64,000 nt of DNA from Elusimicrobiota bacterium (GTDB taxonomy: Bacteria > Elusimicrobiota > Elusimicrobia > UBA1565 > UBA9628), in the NCBI GenBank assembly GCA_013044195.1, contig JABEUV010000011.1, forward strand, positions 10,577 to 74,576. Reading direction: 5' to 3'. This document shows, piece by piece, positions 18,375 through 28,905 of this stretch (positions are counted from its first letter, which is position 1; each line of letters starts with the position of its first letter). The position numbers and the translations under genes were made by a program. Under the pieces are notes generated by a model, which was not told where the DNA came from, ran no database searches, and saw only the letters and a program-made list of their open reading frames with translations.

Positions 18375-18889
18375 TGCAGGGACTCCTCTTTGACTTCAAC
18401 GGCACCGGCGTCGCTCAACAAACGACGCAAAGCCTCACCGTCGCCGCCGCGCCTCAGCGCCAGGACGAAGCGGTCGTTGAGGCCGCCCAGGTTCGACAAG
18501 GCCGGGACCTTCTCCGGATTCGGAATCAGCCCGCGCGTGAGCAGGAACGTGAGCACGGACCCCACGGACGCGAACAGAACGGTCAGTTCGAAGCCGATCG
18601 GGATCAGCGCCGGGATGGCCGAGTAGGACTTGCCGCCGATGATCATCGGCCAATCGATGCGCGTGGCCCAATACTCGAAGCTCAGCGCGGTGGCCAAGCC
18701 CGCCGCGCCGAAGCCCAGACACGCCAACGGCAGAAACGACGGCGACAAGCCCATGGCCGTATCCAGGCCGTGCACGGCGAACGGCGTGTAGGCGTCCTGG
18801 ATCGTGAACCCGGCCGCGCGCGCATTCCTGGCGGCGGCGACGATGTCGTGCTCGGTGCGAAAAATTCCGACGACGAGCTCAGTGGCCAT
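18371..18889 (-). CDS. ACIII subunit ActD-like (DUF3341) membrane protein
   Basis: 172 aa, two predicted transmembrane helices, between ActC and the cytochrome as in act operons. Confidence 0.6.
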   Translation of the reverse strand: MATELVVGIFRTEHDIVAAARNARAAGFTIQDAYTPFAVHGLDTAMGLSPSFLPLACLGFGAAGLATALSFEYWATRIDWPMIIGGKSYSAIPALIPIGFELTVLFASVGSVLTFLLTRGLIPNPEKVPALSNLGGLNDRFVLALRRGGDGEALRRLLSDAGAVEVKEESLQ

Positions 18890-20258
18890 GCGCGCCCTCC
18901 TCGGGCCGCCGGGCGTAGTGGAGCACCCCTTTGACCTCGCTGATCGCGATCATCGGCAGAACGCGACAGAACAGCAGAAATGCCGTAAAGAACAGACCGA
19001 AGCTGCCGCACAGCGTGCCGACCTCGATATACGTCGGGTGATACATCGTCCAACTCGACGGCAGGAAGTCCCGGTGCAGGGAGATCACGATGATGTTGAA
19101 GCGCTCCAGCCACATCCCGATGTTGATGCAGATCGAGATGATGAAGACGAGCCAGGGCGTCGTGCGCACGCGCTTGGACCACAGCGCCTGAGGGATGAAG
19201 GCGTTGCAGAGAAACATCGTGTAGTAGCACCACCGGTAGGGCCCGAAGAGGCGGTTGAGGAAAGTGAAGCGCTCGTAGGGGTTGCTGCCGTACCAGGCGA
19301 AGAACAACTCCGTGCAGTAGCCGAGCGTGAGGATCATCCCCGTCGCCAGGGTGATCTTGCACATCGCGTCGATGTGGCGCAGCGTGATGTATTCCTCGAA
19401 GTTCATCACCTTGCGCGCGATGATCATCAAGGTCATGACCATCGCAAATCCCGAGAAGATGGCGCCGTCCACGAAGTAGGGCGGGAAGATCGTCGTGTGC
19501 CAGCCGGGCAGGACCGCGGTGGCGAAGTCGAAGCTGACGATGGTGTGCACCGAGAGCACCAGCGGCGTGGCCAAGCCCGCCAGCAGAAGATACAGCGCCT
19601 CATAGTGCGTCCAAGTGCGCATGGACCCGTCCCAACCCAGGCTCACCGCCCGGAAGATCTTCCGACGCCAGCCATTGGCCCGCTCCGCGACCAGCGCCAG
19701 GTCGGGAAGAAGGCCCATGTACCAGAATATCGCCGAGACGGTGAAGTAGGTGCTGATCGCGAACACGTCCCAGAGCAGGGGCGAGCGGAAGTTGACCCAC
19801 AACGGACCCATCGTGTTCGGATAGGGGAACACCCAATAGGCCAACCAGGGCCGGCCCATATGGATCAGCGGGAACACGCCCGCGCACATGACCGCAAACA
19901 ACGTCATGGCCTCGGCCGAGCGGTTGACCGACGTGCGCCAACGCTGGCGGAACAGGAACAGAATCGCCGAGATCAGCGTTCCGGCGTGGCCGATGCCGAC
20001 CCAGAACACGAAGTTCGTGATGTCGAACGCCCAGCCCACGGTCTTGTTGAGGCCCCAGGTCCCGATGCCGGTCCAGATCTGATCAACGACCAGAAAAACG
20101 CCGATCATCAAGACCGTCGACGACGCGGCGATCGAGTAGTACCAGGCGGACGTCGGGCCCCGCTCGATCGGGGAACACACGTCCTCGGAAACGCGAGCGT
20201 AATCCTTGCCCCCGTCGATCAACGGCCGGCGCAATGTCGAGACGGCGTGTTCGCTCAT
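18879..20258 (-). CDS. ACIII quinol-oxidising membrane subunit ActC (NrfD family), module 2
   Basis: 459 aa polytopic. [22 protein letters not shown] and [11 protein letters not shown] blocks, paralogous to 8838-10406. Confidence 0.85.
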   Translation of the reverse strand: MSEHAVSTLRRPLIDGGKDYARVSEDVCSPIERGPTSAWYYSIAASSTVLMIGVFLVVDQIWTGIGTWGLNKTVGWAFDITNFVFWVGIGHAGTLISAILFLFRQRWRTSVNRSAEAMTLFAVMCAGVFPLIHMGRPWLAYWVFPYPNTMGPLWVNFRSPLLWDVFAISTYFTVSAIFWYMGLLPDLALVAERANGWRRKIFRAVSLGWDGSMRTWTHYEALYLLLAGLATPLVLSVHTIVSFDFATAVLPGWHTTIFPPYFVDGAIFSGFAMVMTLMIIARKVMNFEEYITLRHIDAMCKITLATGMILTLGYCTELFFAWYGSNPYERFTFLNRLFGPYRWCYYTMFLCNAFIPQALWSKRVRTTPWLVFIISICINIGMWLERFNIIVISLHRDFLPSSWTMYHPTYIEVGTLCGSFGLFFTAFLLFCRVLPMIAISEVKGVLHYARRPEEGAHGH

Positions 20259-23158
20259 GACTTCCTCACCTGCGCGTTGCGCACCTTAATCCCGTAGAAC
20301 ACCGAGGGGCCCACGCCCAATTCCTCGAGCACGCGGAAACTGTGATTCTCGCGTGCCGTCCGAGCGACCCGGCTCTTCGGGTCGTTCATGTCGCCGAACA
20401 CGATCGCGTCCGCCGGACAGCTCTGCGCGCAGGCGGGCGTGACGTCGCCGTCCACCACCGCGCGGCCGTCCTCGGCCGCTTGGAACTTGGCGGAGTTGAT
20501 GCGCTGGACGCAGAACGAGCACTTCTCCATGACGCCGCGCGTGCGCACCGTGACGTCCGGGTTCAAGACCATATTCTGAGTCAGATCGTCATGCGCGTAA
20601 TCGAACCAGTTGAAGCGACGGACCTTATAGGGGCAGTTGTTGGCGCAGTAGCGCGTGCCCACGCAACGGTTGTAGACCTGCATGTTCAGGCCTTCCGTCG
20701 AGTGCGTGGTCGCGGCCACGGGGCACACGGTCTCACAGGGCGCGTCGTCGCAGTGCTGGCAGAGCATCGGCTGGAACGCCACGGTCGGATTCGTCTCGGG
20801 CTCGTCGCCGCCGTAGTAGCGGTCCAGACGGATCCAGTGCATCTCGCGGCTCTTGCGCACCTCGGCCTTGCCCACGACCGGCACGTTGTTTTCCGCCGTG
20901 CAGGCGACCACGCAGCCGGCGCAGCCCGTGCAGGAGGTCAAATTGATGGCCATCCCCCACTTGTGGCCCTTGTAGTCGTGCTTGGGCCACATCCCCGCCT
21001 CATTTTCCGGCACGCCCTCGGCCGGAGCAAGCTTGCGGTATTCCTCCAGGCTCGCTTCTTGAATAATCGGGCGTTCGCGGCCGGTGAACGGCTCCGTCAG
21101 CGAATCCATGAGCTGAGTGCGCGCCAACGCGGAGGTCTGCTCCAGCACGGCCACCGACAGCGCCGAACCGGACGCCAGCGGGAAGATGTCCGCGCCGCCC
21201 GGCGGATCCACCTCGATGGGCAGAAGCTTGCGCGTCGGCAGGTTCGCCGCGATCGGGCCCGCGGACGGGCGTCCGTAGCCCAGAGCCGCCGCCACCACGC
21301 CGTCGGCCTGGCCGGGCTGGACGCACGCGGGCAGGTCGATCGCGCGGGTGCCGGCGCTCAACCGCACCATGCGCCCGTCTTCCACGCCCAGGCGCTTGGC
21401 GTCGGCCGGAGAGAACAAAGCGACATTGCCCCACGTGACTTTCGTCACCGGGTCCGGTAGTTCCTGCAACCACGGATTGTTGGCCTGGCGTCCGTCGAAC
21501 ATCGCCACGCTGGCGTAGGCGTCCAGCTCGAACTCGCCCGCCGCCGCCGCCGCGCGCGCGGATTTAAGCCCGGACAGAGCCTCGGCGCGCAGGGCGCCGT
21601 GCGCCTCGGCCGGAGCGTCGATCGATACCACGCCGCGCTCCAATGCTTGGTCCCAGAACGCGTCGAAGGAGCCGCCGCCCTTGTGACGGGGATAGACGGT
21701 CTTAAGCCACTGGCCGCGCACGTAATCGTGGGCCGTGACCGCCTGGCCCGACCACGCCAGCAGGCTTTCGATGATCGAGCGCGAATCGTAAAGCGGCTCG
21801 ATGAGCGGCTGGACCAAGCTGTGCACGCCGGCCGCGGGCCGCGCGTCGCCCCAGGTTTCCAGGGCGTGCGGCGTCGTCGCCACGAAAGCCGCGTGCGTCG
21901 CGGTCTCGTCGCGGCGCTGCGTCAAGGACACGAGCGCCCCGACCTTCGCCAACGCGGCGGTGAACGCCTCCGCCCGGGAGTGGTCGTAGCACGGGTTGGC
22001 CTCGAAAACGATCAGCGCGCCGACTTCGCCGCGCTCCATCTCCGCGATCAGGCGGTCCAAAGCACCCGTCTCGCCACGGCGCTGGTAGGAAGGATGCGCG
22101 ACGTCCACGGTGCGGCCATAGGCGCCCAGCGTCTCGTTGAGTCCGTTGACCGCGCGCTGAACGGCCGAATCGGAGGAACCGCTGACGACCAAGGCCTCGC
22201 CGTGAGCGGCGGCCAAGGCCTCCGCGGTCCGGCGCAGAACCTCGTGCGCGACGGGCGTCTTGCCCGCCACGTGCGCCGGCGCGGCGCGGCCCAAGCGTTC
22301 GGCGACCAACCGGGACAGTTCGACGACGGTCGCCAGCATGTCCGAAGGCTTGACGGCCGCGCGCAGGTCGGCGTTGGCTCCGGTGACGGACATGCGCGAC
22401 TCAAATTGCGCATGCCAGGACATCTTGCCGTCGGGCTTGCGTCGGGCGGACCAGGACTTGGTGAACTCCACGGGCGAAAGCCACGCGCCCAGGAAATCCG
22501 CGTCGAAAGAGGCGATCGCGCGCGCATTCTCGAAGCGATAACGGGGCAGGACGGCCCGGCCGCGCGTGAGGCGGTGCGCCTCCAGGATCGCGGCGAAGGA
22601 CGGCTCGTCGTAGATCACGCGCTCCGCGCCGTGGCGCGCGCAGAACTCCGCGACCGCGGCGTCCAGCGCCGGGCTGGGCACGGTCTGCGAAAGCACGCGC
22701 ACTTTGCGCCCCTGGCGCTTCGCCTCGGCCAACGCCTTCTCCACACCTGCGTCCAAGGACGCCCACGAGGCCGCAGCTCCCGCGGACAAAGGATTTTTGA
22801 GACGCTCTGAATCGTAAAGGTCCAGAACCGTCGCTTGACCGCGCGCGCACAGGCCGCCGCGCGAAAGCGGATGATCGGGATTGCCTTCCATCTTGATCGG
22901 ACGGCCGTCGCGGCTCTTGACCAGAACGCCGCACGCCGCCGCACAGCCCGCGCAGGTGGACGCATACCAGCGCGCCAGGCCCGGCGTCTGACCTTCGATT
23001 TGGCGGGCATACGGCACGATCTTCTCGCGCGGGGCGTGCAGGTCGCAGCCGGAGGCCATCGCAGCAAAGCTGCCGCCGAGAATTTTTAGGAAGTCGCGGC
23101 GCTCCACGCCTTCCCGGCCGTCCTGCTCTTCGTACGCGCGGCGCTCGTCTTCGGTCAT
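20255..23158 (-). CDS. ACIII subunit ActB (fused molybdopterin-like domain + 4-cluster FeS domain), module 2
   Basis: 967 aa. Twin-arginine signal [11 protein letters not shown]-terminal CAGCAAACG...C cage. C-terminal ferredoxin clusters ([37 protein letters not shown]). Confidence 0.85.
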   Translation of the reverse strand: MTEDERRAYEEQDGREGVERRDFLKILGGSFAAMASGCDLHAPREKIVPYARQIEGQTPGLARWYASTCAGCAAACGVLVKSRDGRPIKMEGNPDHPLSRGGLCARGQATVLDLYDSERLKNPLSAGAAASWASLDAGVEKALAEAKRQGRKVRVLSQTVPSPALDAAVAEFCARHGAERVIYDEPSFAAILEAHRLTRGRAVLPRYRFENARAIASFDADFLGAWLSPVEFTKSWSARRKPDGKMSWHAQFESRMSVTGANADLRAAVKPSDMLATVVELSRLVAERLGRAAPAHVAGKTPVAHEVLRRTAEALAAAHGEALVVSGSSDSAVQRAVNGLNETLGAYGRTVDVAHPSYQRRGETGALDRLIAEMERGEVGALIVFEANPCYDHSRAEAFTAALAKVGALVSLTQRRDETATHAAFVATTPHALETWGDARPAAGVHSLVQPLIEPLYDSRSIIESLLAWSGQAVTAHDYVRGQWLKTVYPRHKGGGSFDAFWDQALERGVVSIDAPAEAHGALRAEALSGLKSARAAAAAGEFELDAYASVAMFDGRQANNPWLQELPDPVTKVTWGNVALFSPADAKRLGVEDGRMVRLSAGTRAIDLPACVQPGQADGVVAAALGYGRPSAGPIAANLPTRKLLPIEVDPPGGADIFPLASGSALSVAVLEQTSALARTQLMDSLTEPFTGRERPIIQEASLEEYRKLAPAEGVPENEAGMWPKHDYKGHKWGMAINLTSCTGCAGCVVACTAENNVPVVGKAEVRKSREMHWIRLDRYYGGDEPETNPTVAFQPMLCQHCDDAPCETVCPVAATTHSTEGLNMQVYNRCVGTRYCANNCPYKVRRFNWFDYAHDDLTQNMVLNPDVTVRTRGVMEKCSFCVQRINSAKFQAAEDGRAVVDGDVTPACAQSCPADAIVFGDMNDPKSRVARTARENHSFRVLEELGVGPSVFYGIKVRNAQVRKS

Positions 23159-23173
23159 GGGTTCCTCAAAGTG

Positions 23174-24268
23174 TCAAAAATGGCAGGACGCGCAATCAAG
23201 CGGTCCGCCGACACGCTTCCAGTGGCTGGGCGCGTCCTTCGGCGTCAAGCGATGGCAATTGATGCACCAGCCCATGGTCAGCGGCGCGGCCTGACGCATC
23301 CGCGTCATCGTCTGCACGGGCCCATGGCACTCCTGGCACTGCAGGTTATTGGCGATGTGCGCGCGATGGCTGAAGTGCACGTAGTCGGGCAGGTGATGGA
23401 CCCGGTTCCACGCAAAGCCCCGTGCGGTCGGGGAGCTCACGCTCGCATCGTAAGCCGCGACGATCTTGGCGATCTCGGGCGAAGGCTCCTTGGCGCCGGA
23501 GACGGAGCGCACGGCCACATGGCAGTTCATGCACACGCTGAGCGGCGGAACGCCCGCCGAGTCGCTGCGCTGGGCGCCGCCGTGGCAATACAGGCAGGAG
23601 ATGGTCAGACGACCGGCGTGAAGCTCATGAGAGAACGCGATGGGCTGAGGCGGTATGTGGCCCTGCTGGTCGCCGGGGAGGCGGAAATAACGCCAGCCGC
23701 CGAACGCCCAGTAGGCGGACGCCGCACAGAACACCGCCAGCACCGCGGCGTCGCGCCGTGCGCCGAAAACCGAAACGATCAAAGTCCCGGCCGCCAACAC
23801 CGCGAAAATTAGCAGGCCCGGGACGGAGAACCCGTGCCAGCCCTCGTCCGGAGAGCGCAGTTCTGGGGAAGGCGTCTGGGACGCGGACTGAATGAACGCA
23901 ATCAGGCCTTCGGCCTGGGCCTTGGTGACATGGACGTTTTCCATGCGCAGGTCGCCGTACTCGGCCAACAGCTTCTTGGCCTGCGCATCCTTGTCCAAAT
24001 AGGGATCCGGGTTCTGAATAAAGCCGACGAGCCAATCCTTGTCGCGGCGGGAAGTCACGCCCGCCAGGTCGGGGCCGACGCCGCGTCCGCCGCCGACAGT
24101 GTGGCATTGCGCGCAGCGATGGATGAAAAGCATCGCGCTGTCGTGCAAAGAACCGGAGGAGGCCTCCGCATGTGCGGACACGGCCGCCAGCAACAGAACG
24201 AACGCCGCGACCGCACGCGCGGGCACCCCAAAACTCGATCGCGATGTCCGCTGGCTCATCCTTTTCAT
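23174..24268 (-). CDS. ActA-like pentahaem cytochrome c with an additional N-terminal monohaem class-I domain (six CXXCH)
   Basis: Signal peptide, then CAQCHTVGGG (class-I-like), a transmembrane segment, then five CXXCH (CLYCH, CMNCH, CQECH, CINCH, CASCH). Confidence 0.8.
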   Translation of the reverse strand: MKRMSQRTSRSSFGVPARAVAAFVLLLAAVSAHAEASSGSLHDSAMLFIHRCAQCHTVGGGRGVGPDLAGVTSRRDKDWLVGFIQNPDPYLDKDAQAKKLLAEYGDLRMENVHVTKAQAEGLIAFIQSASQTPSPELRSPDEGWHGFSVPGLLIFAVLAAGTLIVSVFGARRDAAVLAVFCAASAYWAFGGWRYFRLPGDQQGHIPPQPIAFSHELHAGRLTISCLYCHGGAQRSDSAGVPPLSVCMNCHVAVRSVSGAKEPSPEIAKIVAAYDASVSSPTARGFAWNRVHHLPDYVHFSHRAHIANNLQCQECHGPVQTMTRMRQAAPLTMGWCINCHRLTPKDAPSHWKRVGGPLDCASCHF

Positions 24269-24278
24269 TCTCCGATTC

Positions 24279-24728
24279 TCAGTTCTTGGCCGGAGCCGCA
24301 GGCGTCGTCATCGAAGACGACGACACAGTCGCCGAAGCCGCCTTGGACTCGCCCTGGCCCGCCGCGGCCTTCAACTTGGCGGCCAACAGGTCTTTCTTGC
24401 GCACCGACGAGTCGTAGATCAGGAAGTCGGTGATCGTCTTCTGCGCGGCGCCGTGGATGCCCGAGTAGCGCTTGTGGCGCATCTTATCGACGAGAGCCTG
24501 CCACTCGGCGGGAGTCGCGTAGTCCGAATTGATCGCGCGCGCCGTCGTGTGGCAGGTCGAGCACTTGTCCAGGAACAGTTTGTAGGCGGCCTGTTGTTCC
24601 TTGGGATACTTCGAAACATCGATGGTGGCGGGGCCGCTGTCGGCCGGGAACGTCTGGTCGGCCGCGTACGAAGGCGCGCAGACCAGGAAGGCCGCCAAAA
24701 CGAAGACGGCCACTAGAATTTTTTTCAT
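24279..24728 (-). CDS. Small secreted single-CXXCH protein (putative monohaem cytochrome), paralogue A
   Basis: Signal peptide MKKILVAVFVLAAFLVCAPSYA. FPADSGPATIDVSKYPKE...KCSTCHTTARAIN. Paralogous to 25095-25616. Confidence 0.5.
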   Translation of the reverse strand: MKKILVAVFVLAAFLVCAPSYAADQTFPADSGPATIDVSKYPKEQQAAYKLFLDKCSTCHTTARAINSDYATPAEWQALVDKMRHKRYSGIHGAAQKTITDFLIYDSSVRKKDLLAAKLKAAAGQGESKAASATVSSSSMTTPAAPAKN

Positions 24729-24742
24729 GGTCGGAATCTCCC

Positions 24743-24961
24743 TCACCGCTTCGCCCTTGCGGCCTTCACCGCGTCCGCGGGCATGGGCTCAAAAATGGTA
24801 TCCATCGGACCGTTCGGGCGGGAGCGTGGCGCCGCAGAGCGCGACGACCGGCGCAGACGCGGCAGAACGAACATTCCGCCCGCCAATCCGACCAGCGCCC
24901 CCCCGATGAACTGTCTTCGAGTTTTCGCGGCGGACTTTTTCGATTCGATCATGCGGCCCAC
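24743..24961 (-). CDS. Small ORF with Tat-type signal (TRRQFIGGALVGLAGG), hypothetical
   Basis: 72 aa. Stop overlaps the start region of paralogue A. Tat consensus S/T-RR-x-F-L/I. No other homology recognised. Confidence 0.3.
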   Translation of the reverse strand: MGRMIESKKSAAKTRRQFIGGALVGLAGGMFVLPRLRRSSRSAAPRSRPNGPMDTIFEPMPADAVKAARAKR

Positions 24962-25094
24962 TCCTCAAGCAACAAAATTTCTAAGGCCATTTTAGTTCAT
25001 GTCCGAGCCGTTGTCAAAAATCACGACGGGGCGGCTCCGGCGCTCGACCGCAACGCTTAGACGCGCCGCGGCCGAGCGCCGTGTCTGCGTCCGT

Positions 25095-25616
25095 TTATTT
25101 CGGGAACAGGCGCTTGTAATCGTCGGGGTGCTTCTTTTCGAAGTCCTCGACGAGCTTGAGACGCGCGGCCTTCCACGCGGCGGCCTTCGCTCCGGTCTTG
25201 CGCGCTTTCGAGTCGTAGACCAGGAACTCCCAGATGCGCTTGCCGCTCATCTTGTTGACCGGGCAGCCGGGCTTGGCCATCATGCGCTTGACCAGGCGGT
25301 TCCAGGCGTGCTCGCTGACGTCGATCAGGCGCGTGTCGGTGAACAGATCGGGCTGATCCTTGCGCGCCTTGGCCTCTTCCTCCGCGTTCAACTCCACGAA
25401 CTGAGCGTTGATCGGGCGGGCGATCGTGTGGCAGTTCGAGCACTTCTTCTGGAACTCTGCGTACGTCTTCTGCATTTCCTTCGGATAAGAAGAGACGTCG
25501 ATCTTGGTCGGGCCCGCGTCGTTGGGAAAAATCTGCGCCGCGGCCCGCGGCGCGGCGCCGAACACGGCACCCGCCAGCAACGCCGTCACGACCGCCACAA
25601 TCCGCACTTTCTTCAT
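25095..25616 (-). CDS. Small secreted single-CXXCH protein (putative monohaem cytochrome), paralogue B
   Basis: Signal peptide. FPNDAGPTKIDVSSYPKE...KCSNCHTIARPIN, aligning with paralogue A. Confidence 0.5.
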   Translation of the reverse strand: MKKVRIVAVVTALLAGAVFGAAPRAAAQIFPNDAGPTKIDVSSYPKEMQKTYAEFQKKCSNCHTIARPINAQFVELNAEEEAKARKDQPDLFTDTRLIDVSEHAWNRLVKRMMAKPGCPVNKMSGKRIWEFLVYDSKARKTGAKAAAWKAARLKLVEDFEKKHPDDYKRLFPK

Positions 25617-25701
25617 GCTATCGCCTCCGCTCCGTCCGATTTGCGCGGCGGTTTCGCCGTCCGCGCGACAACCTTGTATATAATACGGGCGCAGAGATCA
25701 A

Positions 25702-26310
25702 ATGATCGCGCAAATTCTCGAGAACAACTCCCTTCGAACGCTTGACGCCGACGGCTTTGCGCGCCGGTTCGGCGCGGCCTACCGGCCGACGCTGTACCTC
25801 GACGAACCCGCGCCGGCGTCGCTGGCCGCCGCGGCCGACGCATCCGCGGCCGAGTCTGCCCGGACCTGGGGCCCATTGGCGACGCAAGCCTTCCGGCGCT
25901 TCCTGCGCGACGGCGCGTCCGTCCCCGGTTGGATCGCGCGCGCCCAAGACTCGGTCGGGTTCGGGCTGTTCGCCGCGCGCGCGCTCGCGCCGGGAGATCC
26001 CGTCGGGGAATACGCGGGACTTCTCACGCGCGCTTGGCGGCCGCTCGGCCAGGGCCGCTTCAATCCCTACCTGCTCAAATATCCGTTCGAGTCCCCGTTC
26101 GCCGTCGACGCGGAGGCCCAGGGCAACGAACTGCGCTTCGTCAATCATTCCGCGCGCCGCGCCAACGTCGCGCGCGCTCTCCTGGTGCACGACGGCCTGC
26201 CGCGGGTTCTGTTCGTCGTCTCGCGGCCGATCTCCCTCGGCGAGCAGTTCCTCCTGGACTACGGACCGAGCTACGTCTTCGCCGCTGCGCCGAAGGACCT
26301 GGCGCCGTGA
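25702..26310 (+). CDS. SET-domain protein (putative protein lysine methyltransferase)
   Basis: GNELRFVNHSARRANV (SET NHSC.PN-like motif) and a C-terminal EQFLLDYG post-SET-like block. Confidence 0.65.
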   Translation: MIAQILENNSLRTLDADGFARRFGAAYRPTLYLDEPAPASLAAAADASAAESARTWGPLATQAFRRFLRDGASVPGWIARAQDSVGFGLFAARALAPGDPVGEYAGLLTRAWRPLGQGRFNPYLLKYPFESPFAVDAEAQGNELRFVNHSARRANVARALLVHDGLPRVLFVVSRPISLGEQFLLDYGPSYVFAAAPKDLAP

Positions 26311-26339
26311 GATTCTCCCCCGAGTCCGCGTTCCGTCGG

Positions 26340-26969
26340 ATGGCGTCCGGACGCATGCGCCGAGTCTGCCTGCTGGCCGGCGCGGGCGCGGACAGCTCCG
26401 CGCTCGCCTGGGAGCTCTTGAGCCGCGGCTTCGAGGTGCATCCGCTCTACGTGCGCTGCGGCTTTCGCTGGGAGCGCGCGGAGCTGTTTTGCCTGAGGCG
26501 CCTTCTGCGCCGCCTGGCGCGGCCCGGGCTCAAGCCGCTGACGGTGATGGCGGCCCCGATGAACGGCGCGCTTGCCGGACACTGGAGCCTGTCCGGGCGC
26601 GCGGTGCCCGATGCGCGCAGCGCCGCCGACAGCGTCTATCTTCCCGGCCGCAACCTGATCCTGCTGTCCCAGGCCGGAGTGCTGTGCGGCCTCAAGGGAC
26701 TGCCGGCGATCGCGACGGCGGTGCTCCGCGGCAATCCGTTTGCCGACGCGCGTCCCGCGGCGTTCGCCGCGATGTCGCGCGCGATCAGCCTGGCCGTCGA
26801 CAGGCGCGTGGAGGTCTTCGCGCCGTATCTGCGGCTGAGCAAGGAAAGAGTGCTGGCCCGCACGCCCGGCCTGCCGCTGGAATTGACCTTCTCCTGCCTC
26901 AATCCGCGCGGATTGCGCGCGTGCGGCGACTGCAACAAGTGCGCCGAGCGCGCGCTCGTCGTTTCTTAA
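26340..26969 (+). CDS. QueC/ExsB-like PP-loop ATPase with C-terminal Zn-ribbon
   Basis: Degenerate PP-loop LLAGAGADSS (cf. SGGxDS). C-terminal CLNPRGLRACGDCNKCAER four-Cys motif as in QueC. Start assigned to ATG 26340 within the longer ORF. Confidence 0.55.
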   Translation: MASGRMRRVCLLAGAGADSSALAWELLSRGFEVHPLYVRCGFRWERAELFCLRRLLRRLARPGLKPLTVMAAPMNGALAGHWSLSGRAVPDARSAADSVYLPGRNLILLSQAGVLCGLKGLPAIATAVLRGNPFADARPAAFAAMSRAISLAVDRRVEVFAPYLRLSKERVLARTPGLPLELTFSCLNPRGLRACGDCNKCAERALVVS

Positions 26970-28021
26970 GCCTGAACGGGACGCGGCGCGTGACGCAGGC
27001 TCAACTCGCGTCCGCTGGACAGCGAGCGCGCCCAGGCGTCGAACTCCGCGGCTTTCGCCTGGACGATGGCGCGCGCGGCGGCGATCGCCCCGGCGCGCTC
27101 GGACAGATTCTTGGCCACGATCGACTCCAGGTCTTCCAGGCGGTAGAGGTAGACGCCGTCGAGCTCGTGCACCGATTCCTCCACGTCGCGCGGCATGGCG
27201 ATGTCGATGAAAAACAAGGAGCGCCCGCCGCGGCGGCGCAGGGCGGAGGCGACCATCGCGCGCGTGACCACCGCGCTCGGCGCGCCGGTGGACGCGATCA
27301 CCACGTCCGCGTCGACCAAGGCTTCCGCGGCCGCCTCCCAGCGCACGGCCTCGCCGTGGAAGCGCGCGGCCAGCGCATAGGCGCGCTCCCAGGTGCGGTT
27401 GGCCACCGAGATGCGGGCGGCCCCCCGGGCGACCAGGTGCTTGACGGCGAGCTCCGCCATGGCGCCCGCGCCCAGGATCAGCGCGGATTTTCCCTCCAGC
27501 CGGCCGAAGATGCTCTCGGCCAGTTGCACGGCCACCGAGGGCACCGACGAAGCGCCCGCGGCGATGCCGGTCTCGGAGCGCGCGCGCTTACCGACGTAGA
27601 GCGCGCGCTGAAACAGAACGTTCAAGCGCTTGCCGGTCATGCCCGCGGCTTTCGCCGTCTCGTAGGACGTCTTGAGCTGACCCAGGATTTCGGTCTCTCC
27701 GACGACGAGCGAGTCCATGCCCGCCGAAACGCCGAAAAGATGCTCGACTGCGGCGGCGTCTTCGCGCGCCTCGGCGTTCGCGCGGACGTCGGCGCCCGCC
27801 AACTCGCTCAACGCCTCCAGCAGGCGCTCGCACGCCGGCGGCGAGTCAAGGGCGGAGGCCGCGTACAGCTCGAAGCGGTTGCAGGTGGAGATCGCGACGG
27901 CTTCGGTCACGCCGCGGCTCTTGAGCTCGGCCAACACGCGCTCCACCGGCACCGCCGCCAACGCCTCGCGCGACGCCGCCGCCGAGGCGCGATGGCTCCA
28001 GCCCAATTGGAGAAGCTTCAC
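26966..28021 (-). CDS. hemA: Glutamyl-tRNA reductase HemA
   Basis: GTG start (VKLLQLGWSHRASAAASREAL...), catalytic TCNRFELYA, Rossmann LILGAGAMAELAVKHL. GTGA overlap with hemX upstream. Confidence 0.8.
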   Translation of the reverse strand: MKLLQLGWSHRASAAASREALAAVPVERVLAELKSRGVTEAVAISTCNRFELYAASALDSPPACERLLEALSELAGADVRANAEAREDAAAVEHLFGVSAGMDSLVVGETEILGQLKTSYETAKAAGMTGKRLNVLFQRALYVGKRARSETGIAAGASSVPSVAVQLAESIFGRLEGKSALILGAGAMAELAVKHLVARGAARISVANRTWERAYALAARFHGEAVRWEAAAEALVDADVVIASTGAPSAVVTRAMVASALRRRGGRSLFFIDIAMPRDVEESVHELDGVYLYRLEDLESIVAKNLSERAGAIAAARAIVQAKAAEFDAWARSLSSGRELSLRHAPRPVQA

Positions 28022-28872
28022 CGCCCCCCTCCCAGATACGCGTGGCGGCCGCTGAGCAGTTCCGCGCCGAAGAAGGTCACCAGCGCCGACGCGAAGCCCG
28101 CCAGCGACACGTAGACGGGCCTGCGGCCGCGCCGCCCGCCGACGAAATGCTGCCACAGGAAGGCGCCATACACGACCGCGGTCAGCACCGCCAACGTCAA
28201 CTTCGGGTCTCCCGTCCACACCCGGCCCCAATCCCGATAGGCCCAGACAAAACCCATGACCAGTCCGACGATCAGCACCGGATAGGCGCTGGCCACGATT
28301 TTCGCGTTGAGCCCGTCCAGTTCGTCGAGCGAGGGCAAGCGGTAGCACAGCTCGGTGGGCTTGCGCGACTTAATCTGGCGCTCCTGGATCAGCAAGGCCA
28401 CCGCCACGCCCGCGGCGTTGGCGAACGCCGCGTAGGCGGTCATCAGGAGAACCGGGTGCAGGTTCAGCCAGTAGGAGCGCAAAGCCGGCGCCAGCGGCTG
28501 GGCCTGAGGATTGGCCAGCGCCACGGCCGCGCCCAGCGCCAGCGCGGCCCAGGGCAGAACGAACGCGCCGAGGATGCCCAGCCGGTTGCGCGCCTCCACG
28601 GCCAGAAACGCCGCGGCCAGCGCGAAGGCCATATACGAGAGCGCGCCGTAGAAGTTGTTGAGCGGCAAAAACCAGCGGTTCTCCGGATAGGCCCAAAACG
28701 CCGCCACGTGAACGGCGACGGCCAACGCGTGCAGGACCACGCCCAGCGTCAGCAGAACGAGCATCGCGCGGCTGGCGCGCGCGTCCTTGGAGAACAGATA
28801 GCCCAGCGCCGCGAACGCCGCCGCGGTGTAGAGCACGAAAGCGGACCAGGACAGCGCGCTCTGCGCGATCAC
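28018..28872 (-). CDS. HemX / CcsA-like cytochrome c assembly membrane protein
   Basis: Polytopic protein with a tryptophan-rich WAYRDWGRVWTGDPK block (CcsA/ResC WWD-like). Positioned upstream of hemA as in hemAX operons. Confidence 0.7.
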   Translation of the reverse strand: MIAQSALSWSAFVLYTAAAFAALGYLFSKDARASRAMLVLLTLGVVLHALAVAVHVAAFWAYPENRWFLPLNNFYGALSYMAFALAAAFLAVEARNRLGILGAFVLPWAALALGAAVALANPQAQPLAPALRSYWLNLHPVLLMTAYAAFANAAGVAVALLIQERQIKSRKPTELCYRLPSLDELDGLNAKIVASAYPVLIVGLVMGFVWAYRDWGRVWTGDPKLTLAVLTAVVYGAFLWQHFVGGRRGRRPVYVSLAGFASALVTFFGAELLSGRHAYLGGGR

Positions 28873-28905
28873 GGAAGTGATTCTACCATTTCCGCGTCGG
28901 CGGCG

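Noticed and set aside
15930-18626. 898-aa plus-strand ORF antisense to ActF and the heptahaem cytochrome gene
   Set aside because: Shadow ORF in high-GC DNA with an Arg/Ala/Gly-dominated composition. The minus-strand genes have CXXCH and NrfD features.
25742-28114. 790-aa plus-strand ORF spanning SET, QueC-like and antisense hemA
   Set aside because: It crosses three independently supported genes on both strands and reads as low-complexity Arg/Pro-rich sequence.
26966-28348. Long 460-aa version of hemA starting at ATG 28348
   Set aside because: It would overlap hemX by 330 nt out of frame. The conserved HemA N-terminus (VKLLQLGWSH...) begins at the GTG at 28021 in a GTGA overlap with the hemX stop.
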